64,000 nucleotides of DNA from an uncultured Gammaproteobacteria bacterium (GTDB taxonomy: Bacteria > Patescibacteriota > Microgenomatia > CAZXEC01). Below, in pieces: positions 51,268-61,180 of the stretch; position 1 is the first letter of the stretch, and each line of letters opens with the position of its first letter. The notes beneath the pieces were generated by a model. The model was given only the letters and a program-made list of their open reading frames with translations. It had not been told where the DNA came from and did no database searches. The position numbers and the translations under genes were made by a program. Location: assembly GCA_964639595.1 (NCBI GenBank), contig CAZXEC010000001.1, forward strand, positions 326,903 through 390,902, written 5' to 3'.

Positions 51268-51607
51268 ACAGATCGTAAAAAATTTTAAGAGAAAACAGCC
51301 AGAATTGTTGTTTCTGACAATGGTGGCTGTCCTATTATTATCGTTGCAGCAGACTGATTATTTTTTACCATTTATCAGATTAAACTTGCTTTTAAGCACT
51401 TTTATTATCTACAGTTTAGCTATTTTTGTTCTTAAAATTAATCAACAATTTACAGTTATCTTAGGTCTGGTAGCCTTAGCTCTGTCATTCCCGAATTTTC
51501 TATTCCACTATGTATCATGGGCTGAACGGATTTCACTTTATGCTTATGGATTCTTTCTACTGGGTATCCTTCAAACTATGATTACTCATAAAAATAATGC
51601 TAAATAG
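51248..51607 (+). CDS. Small 3-4 TM membrane protein (hypothetical; a GtrA-like flippase role is speculative)
   Basis: 119 aa and hydrophobic, sitting between YfhO-like genes. Overlaps the end of B2 by 20 nt; an alternative internal Met start exists. No GtrA signature motif could be confirmed. Confidence 0.3.
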   Translation: MADNWTKQIVKNFKRKQPELLFLTMVAVLLLSLQQTDYFLPFIRLNLLLSTFIIYSLAIFVLKINQQFTVILGLVALALSFPNFLFHYVSWAERISLYAYGFFLLGILQTMITHKNNAK

Positions 51608-51770
51608 ACTAGCCAATTTTTGCCTACTGGTCAGTTTCACATTATTGCTGGTGGCTTTTGCATCTATTCTTGGCAACCATCCAGGATTTGCTAATCAGGT
51701 AGTTGAGAAAAGCTATCTAGTTTTATTAAGTGCTATTGTGTTGAAGTTTGCATTAAATTTTTTGTTATGA
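51597..51770 (+). CDS. Unlisted small two-helix hydrophobic ORF (~57 aa), translationally coupled on both sides
   Basis: The ATG overlaps the TAG of the upstream gene (ATGCTAAATAG). The product MLNRLANFCLLVSFTLLLVAFASILG...YLVLLSAIVLKFALNFLL ends in a TGA that overlaps the B3 start (TTATGA). It falls below the ORF-track length cutoff. Coordinates are approximate (±3). Confidence 0.3.
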   Translation: MLNRLANFCLLVSFTLLLVAFASILGNHPGFANQVVEKSYLVLLSAIVLKFALNFLL

Positions 51771-54439
51771 AGCTATCAGGCCAAAGTGCTGCTATTTCAT
51801 TACTGGCGATATTGTCCATTTTGGTGTTTCATAGTTTTTTGACTACTAACCCTTTATCTTTTGGTGATGCACCCTTTTTTACCCAACTCAATTTGAAAGA
51901 GTTTTTCAATCCACCCATTAGTTGGGGTGCCAGAAATGAGAATTTCGGTGGGTTTGAAGCGGCCCGTTTATGGATTTATCCGCTACTGGTGCTGTCAAGC
52001 CTTTTTGGGATGCTGAATTTGGATAGCACTATTGCCATCAGGATAATTTTTTATATTCCGGCTGTGGGTTTCGCGCTGTATGGATCTTGGTTGTTATCAG
52101 GTGTGTTTGTCAGTCAAATGTGGGCTAAATTCGCAGTTGCCACGTTTTATACTATTAATACCTACTTTTTATTATTAATTGACGGCGGGCAAGTCGGAGT
52201 GGCTTTGGCTTATGGCGTATTCCCCTTGGCGGTGTTCACTTTATTTTATACAGCAAAAAGCTGGACCGTAACAGGTAATCTATTGGCGATTATCGCCTGG
52301 TCTTTGGTGACAGCAGCTGATTTGAGAGCATCTGTTTTATTGCCGATTGTGGCGATTTTGATTTGTTTGGTAAAAAACACTTCTTACCTAACAAGAACTA
52401 TTTTGGTTATCTTAGCATCAGGGATGGTAGTTATGCTGCTCAATTCATATTGGCTGCTGGCTCTATTTTTTACTAATTCAGGTATTCCTGCCCAAGATGT
52501 TGTTTCGCCTGCTCAGATTGCTGCTGTCAGCTTTACTAAACTAGCAAATTCATATCTGGTGCTTCAACCACACTGGTTTATTAATGAATTTGGTCAAATC
52601 ACACCTGTTCTGCCCAGTTTTTTGATTATACCGGCAGTAGCATTTTGGGGACTTTTTTACAAAAATCGGCAGACCATGCTTTTATCTTTTATCGCAATAG
52701 CATTTATTTTTTTGGCCAAAGGAGCCAACGATCCAGCGGGTAATTGGTATTTATGGATGTTTGATCGTATTCCCGGTTTTGGCATATTCCGTGATTCAAC
52801 TAAATTTTTTGTAGCGGAAATGATCTTTTACTCATTGCTTTTGGGGGTCAGTTTAGAACGACTCATAGTCAGTAAAAGTAAAATGCTGCTGGTTGTTATT
52901 GTGTTGTTGGCTGTCTATTTTGCCGGCATCATCTTCCCAGTTATAACCAACCAACTAAGTGGTAATTTGGGCCCAGGTGTCTATCCTGAATCATATCACC
53001 AACTTCAGCAATACCAAGCAGATGATGATTTTTACCGTCTGCTCTATTTTCCTTCCAAACCGTCTTATGCGCCAGAAAGTTTAGATCATCCTGCTTTATG
53101 GGCCAATTCCCTGTATCTTAAACGCCCATTCGGTATTCTTATTGATGGAGTTTATGATAAATTTTATTTTTTGCACCAGCCATTCTTTAAACAACTCTTG
53201 GATTTATCGGGCGTCAAGTATGTTTTCTTTGCGCCTGATCCGTATCGCAAGATTTGGACTGGTCAGAAGGTTGCCGAAAGACAGCAATTCCTGGATTTTG
53301 TTGACACTCTCACTTTGGGTAGGAAGATTGAATTCGACGACTACCCGATTTATCAGACTCAACGTCATTCTCCTCATTTTTTTGCTGCTGACCAGGCTTT
53401 AGCTATTTTAGGCGGCGATGATTTTTATTTCTGGATATCTAAACTGGCAGATTTCCGCCTGTCTAATGTTCCCATTTTGTTTTTGGAAGATGGCCAAACA
53501 ACGACAGCTGATCTGGAGAGAATAAACCCCGATTCTTTGAAATTGATATTTTGGTCCAAATCAGCACCAGACCTCACGTTTTCATTAATACCCAAAGATC
53601 ACCTGACCAGTTTATCAGATAATTATTTTTCTCAATGGGCTCACCTTACTGCAAACCAAATTTTAGAATGGCGGGATACAGCCAATAAGCATGGTATTGT
53701 CAATTATGATTTCAATTTTGGTAAGGGGATTGCCTGGTCTGATATTCGCGATCAGGTGATAAAACTCAAAATTAATGCAACAGATCCTGGACGATATAAA
53801 TTGTACGCCAGAGCTCTATCGGCAACAGATAGCGCCAGTTTGTCATTCCAGTTGGATAACTATTACCCGACAACTATAGAGACCACACCTGCTCGTTTTT
53901 CCTGGTATGATTTAGGCGAGTACAACTTGAATCAAGGACACCATGATATCCAAATCAAAAATAGTGGTGGTTTCTGGGCTGTCAACAGTTTGATTTTAAT
54001 TGATAAGCAAACTTTTGATCAACTGGAGCAACAAGCTAAAGTATTGACAGAAAAATTCCCACCCATTTACCTGGATAGTACTTCTCCTATCCAGACCTTG
54101 TCCAATTTGATCCGCTATCAACCTTTTGTCAGTCCCCCCTATAAGACTCAAAACCCGGCTACTTATCAGGTTCAAGTTGATAATCTTGACGCTCCCTACT
54201 GGCTAATCTTTACAGATTCATATAACGATGGTTGGCAGGCAAGATATTCCAACAATACTAGCCCAAGTTTGCCGTTTTATAGCTTTATCAACGGATTTTA
54301 TATCGATCAAAATTCAGATAGCGCAACCATAGATTTTGCGCCTCAAAAATGGACTAATATTGGGACTGGTGTTGCTACTGCTACATTGATTATGGCACTT
54401 GGGTTATTATTGTATTTGATCAGGCAGAGGGAAAAATAA
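51767..54439 (+). CDS. Giant YfhO/AftD-like GT-C membrane protein; paralog B3
   Basis: About 12 TM helices. The C-terminal block reads YWLIFTDSYNDGWQARYSNN...FINGFYIDQNSDSATIDFAPQ..(TM). Confidence 0.6.
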   Translation: MKLSGQSAAISLLAILSILVFHSFLTTNPLSFGDAPFFTQLNLKEFFNPPISWGARNENFGGFEAARLWIYPLLVLSSLFGMLNLDSTIAIRIIFYIPAVGFALYGSWLLSGVFVSQMWAKFAVATFYTINTYFLLLIDGGQVGVALAYGVFPLAVFTLFYTAKSWTVTGNLLAIIAWSLVTAADLRASVLLPIVAILICLVKNTSYLTRTILVILASGMVVMLLNSYWLLALFFTNSGIPAQDVVSPAQIAAVSFTKLANSYLVLQPHWFINEFGQITPVLPSFLIIPAVAFWGLFYKNRQTMLLSFIAIAFIFLAKGANDPAGNWYLWMFDRIPGFGIFRDSTKFFVAEMIFYSLLLGVSLERLIVSKSKMLLVVIVLLAVYFAGIIFPVITNQLSGNLGPGVYPESYHQLQQYQADDDFYRLLYFPSKPSYAPESLDHPALWANSLYLKRPFGILIDGVYDKFYFLHQPFFKQLLDLSGVKYVFFAPDPYRKIWTGQKVAERQQFLDFVDTLTLGRKIEFDDYPIYQTQRHSPHFFAADQALAILGGDDFYFWISKLADFRLSNVPILFLEDGQTTTADLERINPDSLKLIFWSKSAPDLTFSLIPKDHLTSLSDNYFSQWAHLTANQILEWRDTANKHGIVNYDFNFGKGIAWSDIRDQVIKLKINATDPGRYKLYARALSATDSASLSFQLDNYYPTTIETTPARFSWYDLGEYNLNQGHHDIQIKNSGGFWAVNSLILIDKQTFDQLEQQAKVLTEKFPPIYLDSTSPIQTLSNLIRYQPFVSPPYKTQNPATYQVQVDNLDAPYWLIFTDSYNDGWQARYSNNTSPSLPFYSFINGFYIDQNSDSATIDFAPQKWTNIGTGVATATLIMALGLLLYLIRQREK

Positions 54440-54442
54440 ACC

Positions 54443-55696
54443 ATGGATAGCATATGGAACTTAGTCAAACTATTATCTTCAACAACTGCCAGGCATACTT
54501 TTTATACTTTGACCGGTAACAGCGCCAACGTATTGGCGGTTTTAATTTTCACTAAAATTGCCACATCGCAACTATCGATCTCTGATTATGGTACGCTTGC
54601 TGTTTGTTTGGCGCTGTTTACCCTTTTTTTAGATGTCTTTGATTTAGGATTGTCAACTGCTGTCGTGAGACTGACTGCTGCCAATAGAGGTAATCAGCTG
54701 GGGCTGGTCAACCTTGTTGCCTCCGGCGGCCTGCTGCGGATATTATCTGGCACCTTACTTTTTATATTTGCACTAGTCAGCGCCAGATATTTTGCTGCTA
54801 TCCTGCTGCATGATGAAGCCAAGTCATATTTAATAGTTTTAGCTGCATTAGGGGCAGTAGCACTACTGTGGCAGAATTTTATTGCCAGTATTCTGCAGGG
54901 GCTGGAGCAGTTTTTAAAAAACAGCTTATTGGCAGTTGCCCTTGGTTCAACTAGGCTATTGGGCCTGTTGCTGTTGATTTTCTATTTACCTAGCGTATCG
55001 TTATTCGCAGCCATTTTTGTACTATCGCCTGTGGTACCTGCTGTTATTGGTATGTTCTTGTTGCCGCTTTTCCCGCTAATTGGTAAAGTAGATATTTCAG
55101 CAATTGGGTCAATCGTGAAATTCTCCCGTTGGATGATGTTGTTTGGTATTTTTGCGGCCATTGGATCCAGACTGGATATTCTAATGCTATCGTCAACGAT
55201 GTCAACTTACCAAGCAGGAGTGTACGGGGCGGCGGCCCGTTTGATTACTGTTTTTATCTTGATCACCACCAGTTTTGGCACGGTGTTAGTACCGCGTTTT
55301 TCTCGGATTACTGTTCTGGAACTGCCGGCCCTTATTAAAAAGACTATGCCGGGCGTTGGTGTATTAATTATATTGATGCTCATATCTATGATCTTGGCTC
55401 CTTTAGTTGTGCCCCTGTTTGTGACATACGGGCAGTCCATCCCAATTTTTCAACTGCTGGTTTTAGCCTACTTGCCGTTTGTTTTATCATTGCCAGCCAT
55501 GGCAGCCCTCTATACCTTAAATGCACCGCAGGTTATGGCATTGGTGGCGTTTTGCCAGTTGGTAATAGTAGTTTTTTTCAATTGGCTACTAATTCCGCCA
55601 TTGGCAGAAATTGGAGTTATCATCAGTTTAGGGATATCTCATCTGATGGCTCTAGTAATTGCCTGGACGTATATTATTATCAAGATAAAAGGCTGA
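54443..55696 (+). CDS. Wzx-like polysaccharide flippase (MOP/PST superfamily)
   Basis: 417 aa with about 12 TM helices. N-terminal ...TGNSANVLAVLIFTKIATSQLSISDYG... pattern and an internal repeat organisation. Confidence 0.65.
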   Translation: MDSIWNLVKLLSSTTARHTFYTLTGNSANVLAVLIFTKIATSQLSISDYGTLAVCLALFTLFLDVFDLGLSTAVVRLTAANRGNQLGLVNLVASGGLLRILSGTLLFIFALVSARYFAAILLHDEAKSYLIVLAALGAVALLWQNFIASILQGLEQFLKNSLLAVALGSTRLLGLLLLIFYLPSVSLFAAIFVLSPVVPAVIGMFLLPLFPLIGKVDISAIGSIVKFSRWMMLFGIFAAIGSRLDILMLSSTMSTYQAGVYGAAARLITVFILITTSFGTVLVPRFSRITVLELPALIKKTMPGVGVLIILMLISMILAPLVVPLFVTYGQSIPIFQLLVLAYLPFVLSLPAMAALYTLNAPQVMALVAFCQLVIVVFFNWLLIPPLAEIGVIISLGISHLMALVIAWTYIIIKIKG

Positions 55697-55697
55697 T

Positions 55698-56501
55698 ATG
55701 AAATTAGTTGCCCATTGTCTAGTTTGTAATGAAGAAAATTTTATTTGGTATGCGATACAATCTGTGATTGGGTTGGTAGATCAAGTTATAGTTTGGGATA
55801 CCGGGTCATCAGATCAAACCTGCCAGATAATTGAAAATATTCAAAATAGCAAAATTAAGTTTGCCCAAAAAGGCCAAGCCGACGCCAGAAGACTATCTAA
55901 TCTTAGGCAAGAGATGCTCGAGAGGACCAGTGCCGACTGGATTTGGATATTAGACGGTGATGAAATTTGGACACAACAAGGCTTATCAGAGGTCAAAAAT
56001 ATCATTGAAAATTATTCAGATAAATATTTTTTGATGGTACATCGGGCGAAAACATTAGTGGGGGATGTTTACCATTATTTGGGAGAAGACAGTGGACGTT
56101 ATCGCATTGCCCATGCTCAAGGCCATTTAAATATTAGACTGATCAATACCAAGATCGCTGGTCTCCATGTTGCTGGAGATTATCCCAATGAAGCCTATCA
56201 AGACAAAAACGGTCTCGCTATTCAAAATTTTCCGCCTGATCAGATTTATTTTGCAACTGTACCTTATTTCCATGCCAGTTTCCTGAAAAGGTCATCTGTC
56301 GATTGGCAGGCGGGTAAAAGAAAAATCAGGTATGAACTGGGAAATGAGCTGGCAAAAGACGATTTACCGGAAGTTTTTTGGCAACCTATTCCCGGTTTTA
56401 TTCCTGGGCCACCAAAAAGCAGGTCTTGGGAATTTATAGCCAAGTCGATCTTGGCAGCTCCGGCCAGGTTTATTAAAGGGCAGATAGGTAAAATAAGATG
56501 A
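55698..56501 (+). CDS. Glycosyltransferase family 2-like
   Basis: LVCNEENFI..VIVWDTGSSDQT and DGDE (DXD). Confidence 0.55.
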   Translation: MKLVAHCLVCNEENFIWYAIQSVIGLVDQVIVWDTGSSDQTCQIIENIQNSKIKFAQKGQADARRLSNLRQEMLERTSADWIWILDGDEIWTQQGLSEVKNIIENYSDKYFLMVHRAKTLVGDVYHYLGEDSGRYRIAHAQGHLNIRLINTKIAGLHVAGDYPNEAYQDKNGLAIQNFPPDQIYFATVPYFHASFLKRSSVDWQAGKRKIRYELGNELAKDDLPEVFWQPIPGFIPGPPKSRSWEFIAKSILAAPARFIKGQIGKIR

Positions 56502-57322
56502 AGACTTGTTTTATTTGCCAGGGTGAAAATTGGAAAAGTTTAGGTGTCAACCAAGGGAGACAAATTCTTCAATGTATAAAATGTGGCCTTGGGTCAACCA
56601 AGGGAGAATTTGTTGGGCTATATAAGCAGTACCACCGGGATAGTGCCTATCAGCAGTTTGAGGACCGCTTTATAAATATTTTTAATAAAAGGTATAATTT
56701 TGTCGCTAAATATAAAAAGGGCGGATCTGTTTTAGATGTTGGTTCATCTACAGGGACATTTTTGAAAATATTTCAAGAACATGGATGGCGCACCAAAGGA
56801 GTAGAGTCTTCGGAAAAAGCTTGTCAACTAGCTAGGTCAGCTGGGCTGGATGTTATCAACCAGGAATTTGAGCAAATTGATTTTGATCAAGATTTTGATG
56901 TAGTTTGCGCAAGTCACATCTTAGAGCATGTCGCAGATCCTGGGATATTTCTAGCTAAGGTGAAACAGATTCTTAAAATAGATGGCCTGCTGCTTTTGGA
57001 TCTACCCAATTTTAGCAGTTTGTCAGCTAGACTATTGGGTAGCAGGTGGTATTATATTTTACCGAATGAACATAGATGGCATTTTACAAAAAAAAGCCTT
57101 TCGATCCTGCTCGATCAAACAGGTTTTGAGATCTTAGAAGCCCGGACTGCTTCTGGGATCTTTGACTATGATAGCCCGTGGATGGAAATATGGCAGGCTG
57201 CAAGAACTTTCAAGAAAAGATTGCTTGGGGATGTTATAACTATCATGCCATCTTGGATAGTTACTATGCTTAATCTGGGCACGTCCTTGACAATAATAGC
57301 CAGAAAGAAGGCTAAAAGATGA
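56498..57322 (+). CDS. Class I SAM-dependent methyltransferase with an N-terminal Cys4 zinc ribbon
   Basis: CFICQG...CIKCG, then VLDVGSSTGTF motif I, and later LDLPNF. Confidence 0.7.
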   Translation: MKTCFICQGENWKSLGVNQGRQILQCIKCGLGSTKGEFVGLYKQYHRDSAYQQFEDRFINIFNKRYNFVAKYKKGGSVLDVGSSTGTFLKIFQEHGWRTKGVESSEKACQLARSAGLDVINQEFEQIDFDQDFDVVCASHILEHVADPGIFLAKVKQILKIDGLLLLDLPNFSSLSARLLGSRWYYILPNEHRWHFTKKSLSILLDQTGFEILEARTASGIFDYDSPWMEIWQAARTFKKRLLGDVITIMPSWIVTMLNLGTSLTIIARKKAKR

Positions 57323-58710
57323 TCGTTATCCCCCTGTTGGCTTTAATTGTTGCACATCTGTTCATCTTGGTCAACGTAAAATTTACGGCTTGGCCGGAGA
57401 TGTTGGCCTATCCTTATTTGATGTCTCACGGATTTCTGCCGTACCGTGATATAGTGTTCCCGTATTTCCCGCTACTGCCAAATCTGTTGACCATCGTCTA
57501 TAACTCTTTTGGCCAAAGCGTTAGTGTTTTGCAGTTTACTACCTGGATAACAATTTTAACTGTCGACCTGCTGGTTTTTTATCTGACTTTTTTGGTGTTT
57601 GGGAAAAAATATCTAGCCCTTTTGGGTATGGCAATGTTTATTTTGTGGCAGCCATATTTTGACGGCAATGCGATGTGGTTTGATTTGGCTTTGGCCCCTT
57701 TGGTTTTAGGTGGTGCTATTTTACAACTGCAATTTAACAATAAAAAACAGTTAGTATTTTTGTTGCTGTCAGGAATTTGTTGGGGATTGGCAGTAGCTGT
57801 TAAACAACAAGCCATAGTGTTTTTGCTGGCGGCCGTGTTGTTTTTGCTAACAGACACTGATAAAAAAATGCGTAGTTTACTATTATTGATGGCAGGTTTT
57901 GCTCTGCCGCTTTTATTAACTTTAGCGCCTTTGTTTAGTGCAAGCATCCTAGATGAATTCTGGAACTGGGCAGTGGTTGTGCCAATTTTTGTCATGTCGC
58001 GCATAGCGGGATATGCCAATCTTCCTGACGTGGAGCAGGTGGCCACTTTAGCAATGGTGCTGATGCCGGTCTGGTTATTGCTAGCCAGAATTGTTGATTT
58101 TGCCAAAACTAATCGTGCTATTTTTTTATTATTGTTGCTATTTTTGGCCAGCCTGACTAATTCGTTGCCAAGATTCTCTTTGCTCCGTTTTCAAACAATA
58201 CTAGTGTTGGCCATCCCTTTGTTTATTTGGTGGATTGATAGCCATTATGCCCGTCATAAAAAAATAGTAGTTGGGCTACTGATTGCGGCATTGGGAATAA
58301 GTCTTTGGTCGCAGCAGTGGTTTTATCGCTTCAACTGGGGCCAGTCGATTAGATTCTTTGAAGAAGAAACCTTAGTCGGGTCACAATACTTATCAAGTCA
58401 TACTAATCAGCAAGACAAAATTTATCTTTTTAATGTTTCATCCGTCTGGTATGTATTATCGAATCGTCTTCCCATCAAGCCATGGGTAGATAATTTTCCG
58501 TGGTATTTCGAAGTACCAGGTATGCAGGACCAGGTCATCGCCAGCTTTACCAGCCAACTGCCCAAAGTTGTTTTATATAAATATCCTGCTGCCGGTAATC
58601 CATATCAGCCAGGTACGTACCAACCGGACAAGCTGATCAAATATCTCGTTGAACATTATATCCAGCAGCAAGAAATAGCCCCAGGAGTTTGGTGGTGGGA
58701 GAGAAAATGA
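57319..58710 (+). CDS. Polytopic membrane protein, GT-C-like (DUF2029/GT87-like)
   Basis: About 12 TM helices. The early loop reads GFLPYRDIVFPYFPL, which resembles the conserved PYRDF..YPP loop of the GT87/DUF2029 family. Confidence 0.45.
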   Translation: MIVIPLLALIVAHLFILVNVKFTAWPEMLAYPYLMSHGFLPYRDIVFPYFPLLPNLLTIVYNSFGQSVSVLQFTTWITILTVDLLVFYLTFLVFGKKYLALLGMAMFILWQPYFDGNAMWFDLALAPLVLGGAILQLQFNNKKQLVFLLLSGICWGLAVAVKQQAIVFLLAAVLFLLTDTDKKMRSLLLLMAGFALPLLLTLAPLFSASILDEFWNWAVVVPIFVMSRIAGYANLPDVEQVATLAMVLMPVWLLLARIVDFAKTNRAIFLLLLLFLASLTNSLPRFSLLRFQTILVLAIPLFIWWIDSHYARHKKIVVGLLIAALGISLWSQQWFYRFNWGQSIRFFEEETLVGSQYLSSHTNQQDKIYLFNVSSVWYVLSNRLPIKPWVDNFPWYFEVPGMQDQVIASFTSQLPKVVLYKYPAAGNPYQPGTYQPDKLIKYLVEHYIQQQEIAPGVWWWERK

Positions 58711-58729
58711 TCAAGAAGCGTATCGAATT

Positions 58730-59740
58730 ATGAAAATCGCATTTTTAAATATTAGCCAGAGTCTTGTTCAAAGAGGCGCTGAAACATTCGTCCGTGAATT
58801 ATCAACGAGGCTGGCTCAAGACCACCAAGTAACTGTTGTCAGTGGTCACAAAATTCCACCGGGCAGATGGCCTATTATATGGAGATTTTTCATTGATGGG
58901 CATGGATTGTATATTTTATGGTTCACTTTATCTAAAATTCCACTGTTATGGAAGGAAAAATTTGATGTTGTTGTTCCTCTCAATGGCGGCTGGCAATCGC
59001 TGTTGGTGCGCGTCCTTACCCTGCTTTATGGCGGCAAGATGATTATATCAGGACAGTCTGGGAAAGGTTGGGATGATAGAGTTAATTTGTGGTTTTTTCC
59101 AAGTCGCTTCGTGGCCTTGTCTTCTTCTTTGTCTAAATGGGCCAAAAGGATAAATCCATTTACTGAAGTTTCTTATATACCCAACGGCGTTGATCTTGTT
59201 CGTTTTACTCCTGAAGGGGCAAAGGCCAAAGTTAGCCTCAATGGCCCAATTTTCTTGTGCGTTGGCGCACTTACCCATGAAAAAAGAATTGATTTGGCAA
59301 TTCGCGCAGTTTATAAACTTGCCAAGGGCAGTTTATTGGTAATAGGCCAGGGGAAAGATGAGAAGCAGCTGTCTTTATTAGGACAGCAACTTTTAGGGAA
59401 TAGGTTTAAGATTGTTAGCGCTGATTTTGAACAAATGCCTAACTGGTACAGGGCCGCTCACATTTTCACCTTGCCGTCGCCCTCATATAGAGCATTTGAA
59501 ATAGTTCTAGTTGAGGCGATGGCCTGTAATTTACCGGTGGTGGTCAATGATGACCCAATCCGTCGAGAAATTGTCCAGGAAGCTGGTTTATTTGTTAATC
59601 CTGATAAAATAGAGGCATATGCCAAGGCTTTGGACCAGGCTCTGGCAAGAAGTTGGTATAATAAACCCAGGATACAGGCAGAAAAATTCTCTTGGGATAA
59701 AATTACCCAGCAATATCTACAACTTTTTCAAGACCAATGA
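58730..59740 (+). CDS. Glycosyltransferase family 4 (GT-B fold)
   Basis: ...FEIVLVEAMACNLPVVVND... EX7E-type region. Confidence 0.7.
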   Translation: MKIAFLNISQSLVQRGAETFVRELSTRLAQDHQVTVVSGHKIPPGRWPIIWRFFIDGHGLYILWFTLSKIPLLWKEKFDVVVPLNGGWQSLLVRVLTLLYGGKMIISGQSGKGWDDRVNLWFFPSRFVALSSSLSKWAKRINPFTEVSYIPNGVDLVRFTPEGAKAKVSLNGPIFLCVGALTHEKRIDLAIRAVYKLAKGSLLVIGQGKDEKQLSLLGQQLLGNRFKIVSADFEQMPNWYRAAHIFTLPSPSYRAFEIVLVEAMACNLPVVVNDDPIRREIVQEAGLFVNPDKIEAYAKALDQALARSWYNKPRIQAEKFSWDKITQQYLQLFQDQ

Positions 59741-61179
59741 GACGGCAGATCTTTTTTCTGGGGGGCCTTATTACCAGCTTCTTGTTAGTTTGGCCAACTT
59801 TAAGCTCATATTTTGCTCAGGATGATTTTTTCCATTTTAGACTTGCCCAAGAACATTCACTGCTATCATTATTCCAGTTACCCGAAGGCTATTGGTTTTA
59901 TAGACCAATCGCTAGGGAACTTTATAATTGGCTGACCTTTAATTTATTTGGGTTAACACCGCTACCATATCATTTATTAATCTATGCTTTATATTTATTG
60001 AACGCGGGATTAGCCGCTCTTATTATTAAGTATATAACAAAAAAAACCCAAACAGCAGGCCTGATGTTTTTGCTGATTACATCATCCGGAGTTATCAATG
60101 TAGATTCTTATTACTTGGCATCTAATGAAATTTTAATGTCGTCAATCTTCATGTTGACCGCATTATATTTTTATTTAAGGTTCACTGACAAAAAAACTTG
60201 GAAATTGTATGCCGCTGGTTTAGTTTTTTATTTAGCAGCCCTGTTTTGTCAAGAAGTGGCGCTGGTCTTCCCCTTGATTTTATTAGCCATAGAGCTTTAT
60301 GCTACCAAACCGCTTGATTTCAGGGCTTTAGCATGCAGGCTTTCCCCGTTTGCTATCCTGGCTGCTTTTTTGGTGATAATTGATGTTTGGGTGATAGGTC
60401 TGCCGCCGGATCAGCAGTACCGGACTGTTTTTACTCCCAAAACTTTTCTCAATTCAATTTTTTGGTACAGTTTGTGGGGGATGGGCATATCGGAAATATT
60501 GGTCGATTTTGTCAAAGATTTCAAATTTTCCCCAGATTTTTTGATCTGGTATGCTAATTATTTAAAAATTGCCATGGGGATGCTTGTTATATTTATGGCA
60601 ATTCTAGTTAGCCTTTTTTTGCATGATATTAAAAAATTACCGTATAGACTGATGATATTGTTGATGGCTCTCTATGTGATATCGCTTTTACCATTTTTAC
60701 TTTTACCAGATCATAAGCAAAGTTACTATTTATCATTTGGGCAGATTTGGCTTTACGGACTTTTTGCGATTATTTTTAGTCAAGCTTTAGCCAGTCCGCG
60801 CATGCGAGTAACAATCGTGATTGGACTTGCTGCTTTTTTCTTGACTAACTTTGCCACTAGTCGCCTAAACGATAAAACTTATTGGGCTGCCAAAAGAGCT
60901 AAAGCTGCTCAAGCTTTATTGGAAAATATCCAAAAGCAGTATCCACAAGTTGCGGCCAGTTCAACTTTTTATTTCATCAGCAATAAGTCTTACCCGGATT
61001 TTGCACAATCTTGGGGGAGTTCTTCACAGCAAGCTGCATTGATTCTATCAGGAGCAGATGCCTTAAAAGTTGTCTATAATGACAGGTCCATCTCGGCCTT
61101 GTTCGATAATGCTGGTAGCTTACCAAGAAGCATCGACCATGATAAAGTATTAACAGTAGAGGCCGTTTTCCCTTACTAA
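59737..61179 (+). CDS. GT-C-like membrane glycosyltransferase related to the A1-A3 N-terminal domain, without the discoidin domain
   Basis: YFAQDDFFHF...YRPIAREL...GLTPLPYHLL parallels YFWKDDSALMF...YRHILEPF...GLEPTGYF in A1. About 11 TM helices. Confidence 0.5.
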   Translation: MRRQIFFLGGLITSFLLVWPTLSSYFAQDDFFHFRLAQEHSLLSLFQLPEGYWFYRPIARELYNWLTFNLFGLTPLPYHLLIYALYLLNAGLAALIIKYITKKTQTAGLMFLLITSSGVINVDSYYLASNEILMSSIFMLTALYFYLRFTDKKTWKLYAAGLVFYLAALFCQEVALVFPLILLAIELYATKPLDFRALACRLSPFAILAAFLVIIDVWVIGLPPDQQYRTVFTPKTFLNSIFWYSLWGMGISEILVDFVKDFKFSPDFLIWYANYLKIAMGMLVIFMAILVSLFLHDIKKLPYRLMILLMALYVISLLPFLLLPDHKQSYYLSFGQIWLYGLFAIIFSQALASPRMRVTIVIGLAAFFLTNFATSRLNDKTYWAAKRAKAAQALLENIQKQYPQVAASSTFYFISNKSYPDFAQSWGSSSQQAALILSGADALKVVYNDRSISALFDNAGSLPRSIDHDKVLTVEAVFPY

Positions 61180-61180
61180 T

